This document shows positions 27,911-41,164 of a DNA stretch of 64,000 nt, one piece after another (positions within the stretch are counted from its first letter, which is position 1; each line of letters begins with the position of its first letter). The stretch is from Lama glama (Eukaryota), in NCBI GenBank assembly GCA_028534125.1, contig CM052817.1:81780001-81844000 (forward strand), in the 5' to 3' direction. Under the pieces are notes generated by a model. That model saw only the letters and a list, made by a program, of their open reading frames with translations, made no database searches and was not told the origin of the DNA. The translations under genes and the position numbers were made by a program.

Positions 27911-28666
27911 CTTGGAAGGGCGACTCAATAAGCCTAGAGATAGTGAAGTTAATTTTACAGCGTAAATATAAATGCCAGTGCTAAAATATTTTGAATGAGT
28001 TCATTAAAAAGGAAAGAAAAAATACAAGTAAGAAAAACAAGTACAAGCAAGATTATTCTAATTAAGCTCATTATATTTTTTAATATACAAATATAATTTT
28101 CAGATGAAAGTTAAAAAAAAAAGGTAGCTATAATTATTGAGTATAATTGCATCTATCTGAAAAGTCAGCGTAATTAACTATGTTCAGGAGCTGTAAGAGG
28201 TGAGTTCCTTTGAGGTAATGCTATATACTTTGGTTCCCAGGACTCAGGGAGTGACCACATAGAGACCATGTGATTTCAACAGCATTTTTCAAAGCTCTGA
28301 TTCCTTAGGCTATTGCTTACCATGTTCTGAAGAACATCACCTATTTTCTCCATAATGGACATTTGGAGGCTCCTTTTAAGTAGAGTGAATGAGGTTAGGA
28401 AAGAAAAGAAGTTCTATCATATAGACTATTTAAAGTAAGGATAGAATTGTTTAGATCATTAAAGAGGTATGGGTAGAGTCATGAATTTTAGAATCCAGGT
28501 AAACTTTTCAAGAGAATTGGTACGTAATTGTTAATCAGATATGTGAAAAATAGAATAGGATAGAATGTCCTTATCCAGAAATTACTTATGAAACAGCAAA
28601 ATTATTACATTCTCATTTCTTCTAAATAATCATTTAGATATAGAAATACTCATAATAAATAATGCT

Positions 28667-29089
28667 TGTGAGAGTTAAGTTTATGTGTCAGCTTGACTGG
28701 ACGTGGGATGCCCAGGCATTCTGTCAAACATTACTCTGGGTGTGTCTTTGAGAGCATTTCTGAATGAATGAGAATAACATTTGAACTGGCAGACTGAATG
28801 AAGCAGAATGCCCTCCCTAATGTGGGTAGGCCTCTTCTCATGGGTTCAAGACCTGAACGGAACAAAAAGAGACTGGCAAAGAATTCTTTCTGTCTGGCAA
28901 GTCTTAGAGTTGGGACATTGGTTACTCTTGTCTTTGGACTCAAATTGAAGCATGGCTTCCCATGTCTTCAGCTTGCTGACAGCAGATCTGACTTGTCAGC
29001 TTGCATAACTGCCTAAGCCAAGTCACTATATATATATATATATTCTATTGATTGGTTCTGTTTCTCTGGAGAAATCTGACTTGCAAAAT
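28667..29089 (+). mobile_element. MLT2 (ERVL) solo LTR
   Basis: Starts tgtgagagttaagtttatgtgtcagcttgactgg; ends ttggttctgtttctctggagaa. Confidence 0.9.
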
Positions 29090-29274
29090 ATTTAATTTAT
29101 TTTGTTTGAAAAAAAATCAATGTGAAAGATTAAAGTGAAGATGAAGTCCTTACTACGGCCTTCAGTGCCCTACATGATACACCCCACTTCTGCCCTGTTA
29201 GTTCTCTGACTTCATCTGTTCATTCTTCCCCTTGATTGTTTCACTCCTGCCACATTGGCTTCCCTGTGGCCAAT

Positions 29275-29770
29275 CAAACCATAAAAAGACATGAGGAACC
29301 TTAAAAGCATACTACTAAGTGAAAGAAATCAATCTAAAAAGGCTGCATACTGTATGATTTCAACTATACAACATTCTGGAAAAGGCAAAACTATGGAGAC
29401 AATAAAAAGATCCATGGTTGCCAGAGAGTAGGGGGAAAGAAAGATAAACAGGCAGCATATGAATGATTTTTAAGACAGTGAAACGATTCTGTTTGATACT
29501 ACAATGATGGATATATGCCATTATGTAATTGTCCAAATCCAGAGAATGCATAACACCAATAATAAATCCTAATGTAAACTATGGCCTTTGAGTGATTATG
29601 ATTAACCAACGTAGGCTCATCAATTGTAACAAATATACCACTGTGGTGTGTGATGCTAAAAAGAGAGATTGTGCTTATGTGGGGACAGGGGTACATGGGA
29701 TCTCTTGGAACTGACTCTCAATTTTGCTGTGAACCAAAAACTCTTCTATAAAATAAGTTTATTTAGTAAA
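29275..29770 (+). mobile_element. Old L1 3' end (L1MC-like)
   Basis: ctaagtgaaagaaatcaatctaaaaaggctgcatactgtatgattt...caattttgctgtgaaccaaaaactc, typical of an L1M 3' UTR. Confidence 0.85.
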
Positions 29771-31213
29771 AGAGAGAGAGAGACTATTGAGACGCTATCA
29801 ATGAAAATATTATGATTCTAGTTCCAAACAGTGACTCTGCTATAAAGATTGTTTTCTATTTGTTCTTTTTCTCTCATTTTCTTCATTTTCTAAGTTCCTT
29901 CCTAGAAACCAGAATTTTTTCTAAGCCTCTGTTTTGTCTGTTAGTATACTGATAATAATCTTATAGGTAGATTTAATCAATTCCCTCCATATGCTTGCTA
30001 ATTTTTTTCACATATTCATCTGTGTTGTATACAACCTAATAATTTAAGCTCAGCCAATATTTATTAAATATGTATTGGCTGATTTTATAAGACACTTATA
30101 CGCACATGTTCACTGATTCTATTGCTGAATTACTAAAGTATAAGCTAATGGCTGTGTGTGTTCCATACTGTGATGGCCTTACCTTACAAAGCACATTTTA
30201 AAATATTAGATTTAAAAATAATTCTTTATCAGAATCTAAGATCTTATTTCTTTAAAACAGCTCCAAAGGAGGATCTTTGTTTAAATTTTCTAGGTCTCAT
30301 TTCTAAAATTTGGCATCACCAACTCCAAGGTTGCATTATATGATTTTAAGGATACCCCAAGTTCTACAAAGATACCCTGTTGTGATTGTAGAACACTTTG
30401 CATACATTTTAATTAAACAACTAAGAATGATGATTTACTTCACAAAGCAGCATATCATGCTTCAGAATCTGTGAATTCTAAATCCAGTTCCTCCACTTAT
30501 TAGCTGAGTGGTTTTGATGTTTCACTTTATTTTTCTCTGCCTTAGGTCCTTCATATGTTGAACTGGAACGGGTTATTTTTAAAGTTCCTCCAATGCTAAT
30601 GCTTAACTATTCCAGTTTAAAAGACTTGACATTTCTAGATACTAACCTGCAAATTATGTTAAAATACCATCAACTCAACAAAATAATGTGTATTCACTAG
30701 ATTTAAACATCCCAAAGTTTTTACAGAAGTCATTTTCTTGCCTCCTGTAACTTCCCAGAATTTACAAAATCGGCCAAAGTAAAGTAAAAACAGAGCCAGA
30801 GTAATTGAGCAGTTTTCTTCTTTGGCATGTTTGTCTTCTTTACTTGTCTTGCTAAAAGCCTCATTTTTCTATTTTATTACCTACAAACAGTATGCCCTTT
30901 ATTCCTGGTTTACTATCATTACTTGCTAAATGCTCTTTTTAATTTCTGCTGGATCATTTTTGGGGCCCTAAAGTAATAAGAATTAGAGAACAACAAGTGT
31001 TGTTTAAATAACAATGTTTGCCTTTGTTTTTAAGAATATTTGAAACTTAACAATCTGTAAATATTGTGTATCTATAAACAAAGAGAACTAAATCCTTCTC
31101 AAGGCAAGGAAATTTTTATAGAAAATTTCTTTTTCTAATAGAAAATATTGGTGTAACTGGTATAACTAAATGGTTCTAAACAGCTTTAATTATTCATGTA
31201 TTTCTTTATATAC

Positions 31214-31255
31214 TTTTTAAAATTTTATTTTTATTGAAGTAGCTTTGATTTACAC
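31214..31255 (-). mobile_element. Minimal L1 tail fragment
   Basis: tttttattgaagtagctttgatttaca matches the reversed L1 3' terminus. Confidence 0.55.
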
Positions 31256-31506
31256 ATATATTTCTTATTAATACATAGTGAGCTTCTTTCTTGGGCATAA
31301 TGTTACTTGACAAATTATTAAAAGAAAAGAAAACAATATGAACTCTTCCCATAAAGAAAATATAGTCTAGCTGGTTGATGGAGGCATTTAAAAAAGATAA
31401 ATAACAATATATACATGATCATAAAACAGAAAATTAGTCTTAAGTGTTAAATGAGTATTGTAGATATTATATAATTTTAGGCATTGGGAAGGGGACTTTT
31501 CACAGT

Positions 31507-32015
31507 TGTCTTGGCCTAGGTCCTTTAGAAAAGAGACCCTGAGGCTTAGATTAAGTGTTCACCCTTAATTTGGGGCATATAAGTCCAGACAAGTGAGGAT
31601 GATGGAAGAAAAAAAAAAAAAAAGCAAGGCAGGGAAAGCTGAAAAGCTGTGTAGTGTGGTAAGAAGCACTACAGTCCTGGCTCCTTCTTCAGAATCATCA
31701 ATGGGACACAGCAGCTGCTGGCAGCGAATTCACACACAGCACAAGTGACATCAGTAAAATGATTGTAGGAACGAAATACTCCTTGGGGGATCCACAGCAG
31801 AGAGAACGGAGGTGGAATTTACCTCCTATTTCCCACTGGTCAAGGTTCAGCCCACGGGAGCCAACTCCCCACAGGCCTGGCTTGCTGAGCAACGAGTATC
31901 CCAAGTTCCTAGGGGTGTATCTCGCCATATCTGCAAGAAAGAGTGACTCAGCTTGGATGCTGTGCCAACTAAGTGAGAAAAAGAAAGTCATCATGGAAAT
32001 AAGCCTGAGAATACA
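31507..32015 (-). mobile_element. Old ERVL-type LTR (LTR33/LTR16-like)
   Basis: tgtcttggcctaggtcctttagaaaagagaccctgagg...ttaatttgggg resembles a reversed ERVL U5 end. Confidence 0.55.
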
Positions 32016-32444
32016 ACGGGTTTGAAAGGTCAGGGAAAATTTATGGACTAAAATTGTGGGCTTTCAGATGAGTGAGGTTTGGATATTGAAGGAAAAGAGA
32101 GAACATGTTTGGTAGGGAAAACAGTAAAAGGAAAGTAGCAAAGAAAAGAATGCACATGGAACATGATAAACACACTGAGTGCAGTAGAGAGAGTTTTGGC
32201 TGAAGCCAGGACTGAACAGAGGGTCTGGTAGAAAGTTTGGACAGTATTGAGGGTTAGGCTAGAACATTTATATCTGACTCAGGCCACGGAGGCATTGCTA
32301 ATCCCTAAGCAGGTTAGGCGTGTGATGAATGTGGGATGCTTACAGCATCATTGTGACAGTGGCACATAGGACAGGTTTGAGGAGTAAGAACATAGTTTCA
32401 GACGAACAATGAAATGGAGATGTTTTTAAAAGTACCATTTTTGA

Positions 32445-32655
32445 AATGTGCTTAATGTGGTAGTTACATGTTAAGCATTTTTAATGCATTACCTCATTTA
32501 ATTCTACATCATAAATATGGGAGGCAATTCCCTTCTAAAGAGGAGGAAAATAAGGTTCTGAAAAATCAAGTAACTTGCCCAAATTCACACAGCTAATGAT
32601 CCTATCCTGCATTTAATCCTAGACCAACTACAAAGTTCGTATTTTAACTACTACA
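32445..32655 (-). mobile_element. MIR SINE
   Basis: atgcattacctcatttaattct...gaggaaaataagg...aagtaacttgcccaaattcacacagcta. Confidence 0.75.
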
Positions 32656-35600
32656 TCACTAGTCTAAAATTTTTAAATTTCACATCATTTTCAGGGTAAT
32701 AAGATCCACATATATATAACATAAAGTTTTAATTTGGAATTTCCAGTGTATTATAATTTCACCTGAGATCAATAAAATAAACGCTCAAAACCTTCATATT
32801 CTAAAGTGAGTCATAGACCATAATATTGTGAATTTACCTCTCTGTCAGCTTCAGCCCATCACCCACACCTAACCTACAGAAGAAAAGACCGAGAGTGAAT
32901 TTGAAGTTCATTTTTAAAAGCCCATTGTGTCGTGCCCTCCCCCGTCCCCCAGCCCCTCCACTGTGGAGAGAAGGGTGGTGTGCATTTCACCCTAGGCTAA
33001 GCCAGAGGGAGCGCTGGATGCGTGTGCTCTGTGAGCAGGAAAGAGACAGATCTCCAAAGTCTGAACTCAAGGAGTGGTTTCTAAAGTGAATGTTTCAGGA
33101 GAGCTTTCTCTGAGAGTGAGCTCTGCTCTCATCGACAGAGCCGGTGGCGAGTTCCCCGGGAGTCATACGTGGACACCTGGCTGAAAGCAAGCAGGCCTGA
33201 ATAGAATGAGTTCTGAAAGTTTTCCCGACAGGAGGGAGGTGACCTCAGCAGAGAGGGCATGAACAGTAAGTGGGAGAATGGGCCGGGAGTTGTAAGGAAG
33301 CCAGAAAAGACAGCACCCAGGCAGAAAGCTTCCGCCGGACCCCCAAAGCACGGAATCTGTAGAGGGCCCTGAGAAACGGGCAGCTACGGACATCTGTCAC
33401 CTCTGATTACAGTTCTGCCACTCAAGAAGACTTTTTCTGTCCTTCGCTGCCGCTCCTCTCCACTCTCCAAACCTGGAGATGAAGTAGCACAAAGAGAGAG
33501 GACCAAAGAAACAAGGAAATTACCCACCGCAACCCTCTGCTCACACTGGATGCAACTCTGAGGCGGGCCAGGGTGGGGCGACAAAAAGTGCTTTAAATCG
33601 GTAGAGTCTGAAGAGCTTGTATTAGTCGGCATTGAACCTCAAAGTATCCACACCTCTGCCGCTCACCAAGATGTTATCCACATGATTGAGGAGATAGTAG
33701 ACAGCAGACAGGATGCGTGGAGTGAGCAGACATGATAAAGAATAAAGTTGCCTTCTGCCAGTGCCCCTCAGAGACCAGAGCTTTCACTTAATGGTTAAAA
33801 TGTTTATTTACTTACACTGTAGTTGCTTCTCTGGTACTTTTAAAACCTTACGAAAATATAGAATATGAATAATATGCATCTTCAATATATTAAAAGACAA
33901 GATGAAAATGAATAGAAATTGTAACTTAATTTTACTTTGAAAGACAATCTGTTGTAATAATCCTCGTATGTATTAACATATATAATATACTGTAATAATC
34001 CTTGTACAAGACAAGTATGTTGTGTATACTGAGGCGGGTAGCAATGAGCAGGGGGTGAGAAGAGATGGCTGGTCCATGCATATGTTACTGACAGCTGGTT
34101 AGGGAAAACTTTGATGTAGCAAAAGGCAAAACCTAGACTAGTGGTAGACCACTACTATGATATATTTGATATATAGTCATTTGTGTGTTGAACATTTAAA
34201 AATATTTTAATGAAAATAAGTCACTCAAGAGTTAAGTAGTACAGACAGAATAATAACCTACTGATTTTTGTGATTTTGACCCCAATATTCACATTTTTAA
34301 ACTCTAATATAACAACAGAGCTTTCTCGTTAGGCAGAACCTGTCTCTACCTGGTCAAAAGACAAGATTCAGAGGAGAAAAAGTACCCAGTGAAAGGGAAG
34401 ACAGCTCCTTCCACTCTAAAGAATAACCTTTGGGCCAAGAAAGAGGCCCCCTATCTGATACCAAAACAGAACTCTCTTTGATCTGTGAAATTCTATTTCT
34501 AGGTTTTTAGACTATAAAGGTGAGTAAGATCTAGCATCTGTCTTAGGTTTAATTTTACAAACTTTTATCTTTTATAAATCATCTAAAGAAAGAGACATCG
34601 CACATGATTTTTTTTAAGAAACCTTTATCCTTTTTTGGTTAAAGTCTGCCACTGTGTGGCTACTTTGAAAAACAACAATTTTAGAAGTGATTTTTTCTTA
34701 AGCATTCAGGTTTAGAAGGGAAGAGAGGAGCTTATGCTATTTACAGCGTGAGCTTCCATCTTTGTTAATCTGATCTAAGCGGTGTAGGGCATTCCTTTGT
34801 GGTAACATTATTACCTATGCAAAGAGTTCCACATGAATTATTTACTCCTCACTACCGACCTCCCAGTTAGATACACATTACCTCTGTAAAGTCTGCAAGG
34901 ACTGTGTCCTTCACCCCTCAAAGAGCACTGACACAAGCCCAGAACAGGGCTCTTCAGAGTTTAGACTGGTGTCTAATGTCAATGAACTGTATCAGTAGCA
35001 TCACAGGACTACTGCGCGGCGGAGCTGGATTTTCCGGCTGACACTGGAACTAGATATATGAGGGTCTAACTTTTTGTCCCCCGTGTCATAAAGTTTCTAG
35101 CTATTTTTTAGAATATTAATTCTGTATTTCAAGTTACAAAAATAGCTAAGCTTCCCTTTGTACCCGGATGGCAAAATTAATAGTAGTTCTAGTATTGGTA
35201 TAGTATAGCATCAATAGCCAAAGGACAAAATTACCATCTTATTAAGAATTAGTGCCTAAGAATTTCAATTTTTTTCATGTTATATCAAACAAACGCAAAA
35301 CAAAAATAAAAATAACACCCATATGCTAAAAAAATGGTATCAATAAATGCACATGAAATGCTTGTTTCCTGGTCTTCTTACTGAAATATGAGAAATTATC
35401 ATTACTATGTGAAGAAGTATAACTAACTTTATGTAATAGCAATCTACACCAATATACTGTGATTAAGGATTAATACTAATTGTTAAGATTTATGTTTTGG
35501 ACACAAATACAAAGTTTGTAAAGGTGAAGTCACCTATTTCTTATCCGAAGAATCATTCATACCACAATGATGCTTCTCCTGTCATAAAATCACATGAAAA

Positions 35601-36844
35601 AATTTATCTATTTCTAAAAGAGCTGATAGTATATGCTTTAGTTTTCATTGCAAATTTTTTTTTCAAAAGCTGTATAATTTAGGTAAAGGATAAGTTGAGG
35701 AAAAGATAATTTACAATCCAAATGCTTTTTCTTTCTTCTTTATAATGTTATAGCTGAAAGACATGGAGAATGGCTACCACCCTTTCTCACTCCCTCCTAA
35801 AGATTATAGGTTGAGGTAAGTCCAAAATGTCTTTAAACATTTAGAGTTTTTTGTTAACCCCTTCCCCCAAAAAATTATTGACAGGAACTGCGGACTCCAG
35901 AAAAAAAAATCTAAAAATTTTGAATATATTTTTTTCATAAGTCACAATGAATAAATTACCAAGTCTGAGACTTCCTATTCTGATTTGATCTTTCTCCAAT
36001 TTTTTAAGCTTGAAATATAGCCTCAAAAAGTTAAGGCACAATGCTGTTAGTATTTGCTATAGTCAGGATTTAAGTTGATGGCACTAGAGACATCAATTAC
36101 CCTCAATTAAAAAACCCATTGCCATTGCACTTCTGCTTGTATTCAGTATTGACTATAATCTTCCACTTGCAATCGTCAGGAAGATGATCTTGCAAGGTGC
36201 TTAAGCCTCAAGTAAAGGCAGCTTTCTACAACTCAGAGGGAGGATGTCACTAGTAATAACATATTATTATTGTATGTATGTGACTGTAGTTCTATGATGA
36301 TAAATGTTTACATTCTGGTAGGTTTTACTGTACGTATAGGGGATAGGACTTCAGTCAGTGGAGGTTCTCACCCACACAGAGCTTATGTTCCAGTGGAGCA
36401 GACAGGTGATCAACAAGAAAAAAAACAGCGTGACTTCAGATAGTGACAAGCACATTAGAGAAAACCAGGCAAAACACTCTGATAATAAGTGACTGTTGGA
36501 AGGCAATATTAATTATGAAAATTAGGTAAGGGATTTCTGAGTAGGGAATATCTAGCAGAGGCTTAAATAACAAGAAAGATTGACCATACAAACACCTGAG
36601 AGAAGAGCACTGCACCAGAAAGAAATAGAAAATTAAAAGGCCCGGAGGAAACGTCTAATTTAACAGTGGGGTGGGAAGGCAGGGTAATCGGTTCAAAGAA
36701 GTGAGAAGGGCACAAGTTGGGTTTAATTTGCAATTTTTCGTCTATTTGCTTTTTTTTGTTTAACTGGTCACTTGGCCAATTGTTTTAAGAAATCTGAAAG
36801 ATTGGAGTATTGCTTATTAAGGATGATGTAGACTAGCATAGTTC

Positions 36845-37190
36845 AAAGTACTTCTCAAAGTTCTTCTCCAACTTGAATGTACATGGTGTTATGTAAAAAT
36901 GCAGTTTTGATTCAGGAAATTCTGATTCACCAGGGGTGAGTCCAGGATTCCGCTTTTTTCTAACATACTCCCACTTGAAGCCAGTCTGCTGCTCCCTGGA
37001 TCGCCTTTGATAAGCAACATTGTACACTCCCATGGCTCTCAATCTTTTATGTGCACCTGCTGAAAGTGAAGATTTGGGTTTCTATTTCTAAGTTCCCGAT
37101 TCTGTAAGGTGCAGAAATACGTATTTTAACAAGGAATTTCTGGTAATTCTGATGAAGTTGGTCCATGTATATCGTGTTGTGGAGGATAGG
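36845..37190. mobile_element. MER5A/B fragments
   Basis: ttctcaaagt...ttctgattca and ttttaacaag...ggtaattctgatg motifs. Confidence 0.55.
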
Positions 37191-37639
37191 AAATTTAATA
37201 ACATAAGCTCTAACTTTCTTTCCACCTCTGATCTTCACTCTTAGAGACATTTGGCAGTTGACATGAAGAACCCCTTTTTCTCACCTGTATGTGCATCAAA
37301 TATTCATCAAAATTTTATTTATTGAATATCTACTCAACAAATACTATTTGGTGGCTCTTGTCCTCAAGAACTCACAATCTGGAGACAAGTAGCCCAAGAC
37401 TACATTAGAATTAATAAGAGCATGTGTTTTAGAAGCAGGCAAACCCATGAGCTATGTTAAGTGTAGACAGGCTACTTAAACTCACTGAATATTCTCTTGG
37501 TATCCTCACCAATAAAATAAGGAGAGTTTCGATATTCCATAAACCTTATGCAAGGATGAAAGGACATGATCTAAGTAAAGTGATCAGTATCATGTTTAGC
37601 ATAAAGTAAGTACAGAAATAGTATTGGACTATAGGGTAT

Positions 37640-39230
37640 TGAGTATCTGAAGATATTAAATAAATATTTTAAATTTCTTTTAAGTGTGATAATAGCATTC
37701 TGGATATGTAAAAATAAGTAGTCCTTAAAGTTAGAGATATGTATTGGATTCTTAACAATGAAATGACATAATATCTGACATCTGTAATAGATAAAACTTT
37801 AAAAAAAATTTTTTTGAAGAGATAGATGAAATAAGATTAGCAAAGTGTCAATAGTTCTTTTTTAAAGCTCTGTGATAGGTAACATTATCTCCATTTTTGA
37901 GTATGCTTTAAAATTTCCATTAAAAATTAAGAAAACATATTCTGCAAGCTAAAATTGAGCACAATAATTCCAGTACTCATTCACTTTTTTAAAAAAATTT
38001 ATTTTGGTGGGGGGAGGTAATTATTTTTGTTTACTTTTAGAGGAGGTACTGGGGATTGAACCCACAACCTTGTGCGTGCTAAGCATGCGCTCTACCACTT
38101 GAGCTATACCCTCCCCACCTCATTTACTTTTAAGGAGGGCAACAGCAGAATTGAAATCTTTGTCATATTGGAGATAATGTTAAAAAATGAATAGTTTAAT
38201 ATTAACTTAAATTTACTAAAATTTTGTTACAAATTTGATGGTAGGTAAAGTATCCCTATTTTTGCTTACTAACAAAATTCTTTGTCTTTGAGTAAAAAAT
38301 TAATTCATAATTTTATTTTTCAAATACAGATTCTGAATCTATGCATTAAGAGAGCTTAGATACAATAACACTCAGAAGCAATGAGCACATGTACACAGAG
38401 ATCTTGGTTTCTAAATATAATTTCACATTAAGGGGAAGCAGAGATCCATGAAGAAATGGCTAATATGGGATCTCAGCAGGGAAAATGCAAGATGAGCCCT
38501 GACCTCTGGAAGGACTAAATGAAAGACGTCAAAAGGACAAAGAAACTAGTTTCATGGGGCTCCCATTGTCCAAATTTGGGACATTTTAAGCATAAAAATA
38601 ATAGTAAGTGTATTTGATTGTAAAATATTCTATTAATTAAATGCATATGTCCTTAATGGTGCTTGTAGACAGTATCAGAGAGAGAAGAGGAGAGAACAGT
38701 AGAAGGGAGAGGAGGGGAGAGGAAGGGAAGAGAAGAGAAAAGAATCTATGTTTCCACTCCCCAAAAGGACTATTGTAATACCTGAATATAAAAACTCTCA
38801 ATTCTTGGTTAAAGACTAGCACTTACTCTGCCTTTTGGAGGAAACAAATGGAAAGCTTTTCTTTCCGGAAGTATTCTCAATAATAAATGTGAAATAAACT
38901 ATTTCACATTTAGAAAAATCACTTTCAGCAACACCTGATGAGATAATCAGTTCAGGCAGGGATCATCAACGGATGCTGAAATATTTCCCAAATATTACTT
39001 CAAAGATTACATGCTAATTCAAAAGGATGATTAACCCTTATAATGGAGAAATCTGGTGGTCAGCACCTTAACTAAGTAACCAACGTTAGCATCATTAATA
39101 TTGAAAACAATCTGATGCTATTATTTGGCACCATTAATACTGGGGGGAAAAAAACCAAATTTAGCATCATTCATACTGAAAAAAATCTCCTAGTATGATG
39201 CAAAATGATGAAACAGCCTGGAAATAATAC
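37640..39230 (+). mobile_element. Degraded L1MC/ME 3' fragments
   Basis: taagtgtgataatagcatt, ggtttctaaatat and taatggagaaatctggtggtcagcaccttaac motifs; interrupted by a SINE. Confidence 0.6.
37989..38118 (-). mobile_element. Vic-1-like SINE
   Basis: Intact tRNA-like head; TSD ctcatt(c/t)actttt at 37976-37988 and 38119-38131. Confidence 0.92.
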
Positions 39231-39254
39231 AGCCTTTAACTGACTTTTCCAGGG

Positions 39255-41040
39255 TAGAATAGACACCCTTCTGGCTTCTTTAAAGGTTTTTGTCTGTCTT
39301 TGGTTCTCTGTGGCGTGAATATGACATGCCTAGGTGGACGTTTTGTGAGTGAGTTAGTTTGTTTTGTATTTATCCTGTTATTCTTTGAGCTTCCTGAATC
39401 TGCAGTTTGGTGTCTGATATTAATTTTGGAATTATTTTGTCCATTATTACTTCAAATATTTCTTCTGCTCCATTTTCTTTCTTCTCATTCTGGTATTCCT
39501 ACTACACATATGCTACTTTTAGAAATATCCCAAGTTCTTGGAGTCTCTCTTCTTTTTTTAAAATTCTTTGTAGTCTTTGCATTTCAGTTTGGGAAGTTTC
39601 CATTGGTCTATCTTCAAGCTCCCTAAATCCTTCCTCAGTTGTGGCCACACTGATGAGACATTTAAAGCCATTCTCCATTTCTATTACAGTGTTTTTTGAT
39701 ATCTAGCATTTCCTTTTTAAAAAAAAAATTTGGTGATGGGAGGAAATTAGGTTTATATATTAATTTATTCTTGGAGGAAGTACTGGGCATTGAACCCAGG
39801 ACTTCATGCGTGCTAAGCATGCACTCTATGACTTGAGCTCTACCCTCCCACCCTAGCATTTCCTTTTGATACTTTCTTAGAGTTTCTGCCTGCCTGCTTA
39901 CATTAGCTATCCATCTTGGGATATTGTTTTGTTTTTACAATTGGAGCATTCGTATGAATGAGTCATTTTAAATTCTATTTGTAATAATTCCAAAATTTGT
40001 GTCATACATATCTCAGTCTGGTGCTATTTCTTGCTTTGTCTCAGATTTTTTTTCTTGCCCATTGATATGCCTTGCAATATTTTGTTAGATGCCAGGGATG
40101 CTGTGTTGAGGACTAGGTACTGAGGCAAAGAGGACTTTACTGTGAGGATTTATGTGAATCTGGATAGAAGCTGGGCAGAAATGAATGTTTGCTGTAGCTG
40201 TTGGTGCCAGTGGCTTTCTGTTCCTCTGGGGTCCTTATTTCTGCCTCCCTTCCTCACTTTGGGCTTCAGTACTCCCTCCTCAGGGCACATCTGCATCTTG
40301 CAGCTCTGTCAGCTGTATTGTACTGTCATTTTCCTGGAATCGAGTGTGTGGGGTGATGAGGGGTGTAGGGTGGGACAGGGGACCAATACTGTCATCTTAG
40401 GATCAAATCTCCGTCTTTTAGTGCACCTGCAGCTCGGGGCTAAGACCTTGACTGGTGTTTCCACACTAGTTGTTGAGCTTTGCCCTATGCCTTAGGTTAG
40501 ACAGGGAGGCGAGAATGAGCTAGGTTGGGCAGAATTCCCTTCCTCTGCCTGGGATAAGGCTCTGGGTAAAATCGTTTCCTCTTGAAAAGTACGCCTTAGT
40601 GATGGAGAATCCACTGGACATATTACACAACGATTACTCTTTCCCTCCTCCTGCCAGCATCACAAGGTTAGAGAATTTGCATGTGTACTCTGAAAACCCC
40701 ATGGGGCTCCCAGAGATAAAACCTCTGATGGATGAGGGTCGTCCAAGACTTCAGCCCCCATGGGTTTTTCACTCTCATGCTAGTCTACACTCAGCCTCCA
40801 GTAATTCATCAAAATGACCATTTAAGTGTCCTTACCATTTTATGACTCCAGCAACTTCTGCTCCAGGTAAGCAGATCTCGTCTGTGACTCTGGATTTGCC
40901 CATCTTTCCAGACTTCAAGGTAACAAGTTTCTTTATAATCTCAGGTCTTTGATGAGTCCAAGAAAAGTCACTAATTTTCAATTTCTTCTCCCTTTTCTTG
41001 CAGGCACAGGAAGGATGATTGGCAAGCTCTTTATATATTG
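39255..41040 (-). mobile_element. Old L1 5'/ORF1 region, degraded
   Basis: ccattattacttcaaatatttcttctgctcc...ggtattcctactacacatatg...tctatcttcaagctc are typical antisense L1M motifs. Confidence 0.75.
39718..39852 (-). mobile_element. Vic-1-like SINE nested in an old L1
   Basis: Perfect 15-bp TSD ctagcatttcctttt at 39703-39717 and 39853-39867. Confidence 0.93.
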
Positions 41041-41044
41041 GAGG

Positions 41045-41164
41045 TTTTTTTTTTTTCCTTTTTTTCCCTTGAAGTATAGTCAGTTATAATGTGTCAATTT
41101 CCAGTGTACAGCATAATGTCCCAGCCATACATATCTATGTACATGTATTTGTTTTCATATTCTC
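41045..41164 (-). mobile_element. LINE-1 extreme 3' end
   Basis: T tract followed by ttgaagtatagtcagttataatgtgtcaatttccagtgtacagcata, the reverse complement of the L1 terminus. Confidence 0.85.

Noticed and set aside
38040..38118. tRNA-Ala-like sequence (also in the other SINE copies)
   Set aside because: SINE heads with A-rich tails and TSDs, not tRNA genes.
39085..39190. Three spaced imperfect repeats (ttagcatcattaata-like)
   Set aside because: Local duplications within a decayed L1; not a CRISPR-like array, and the context is eukaryotic.
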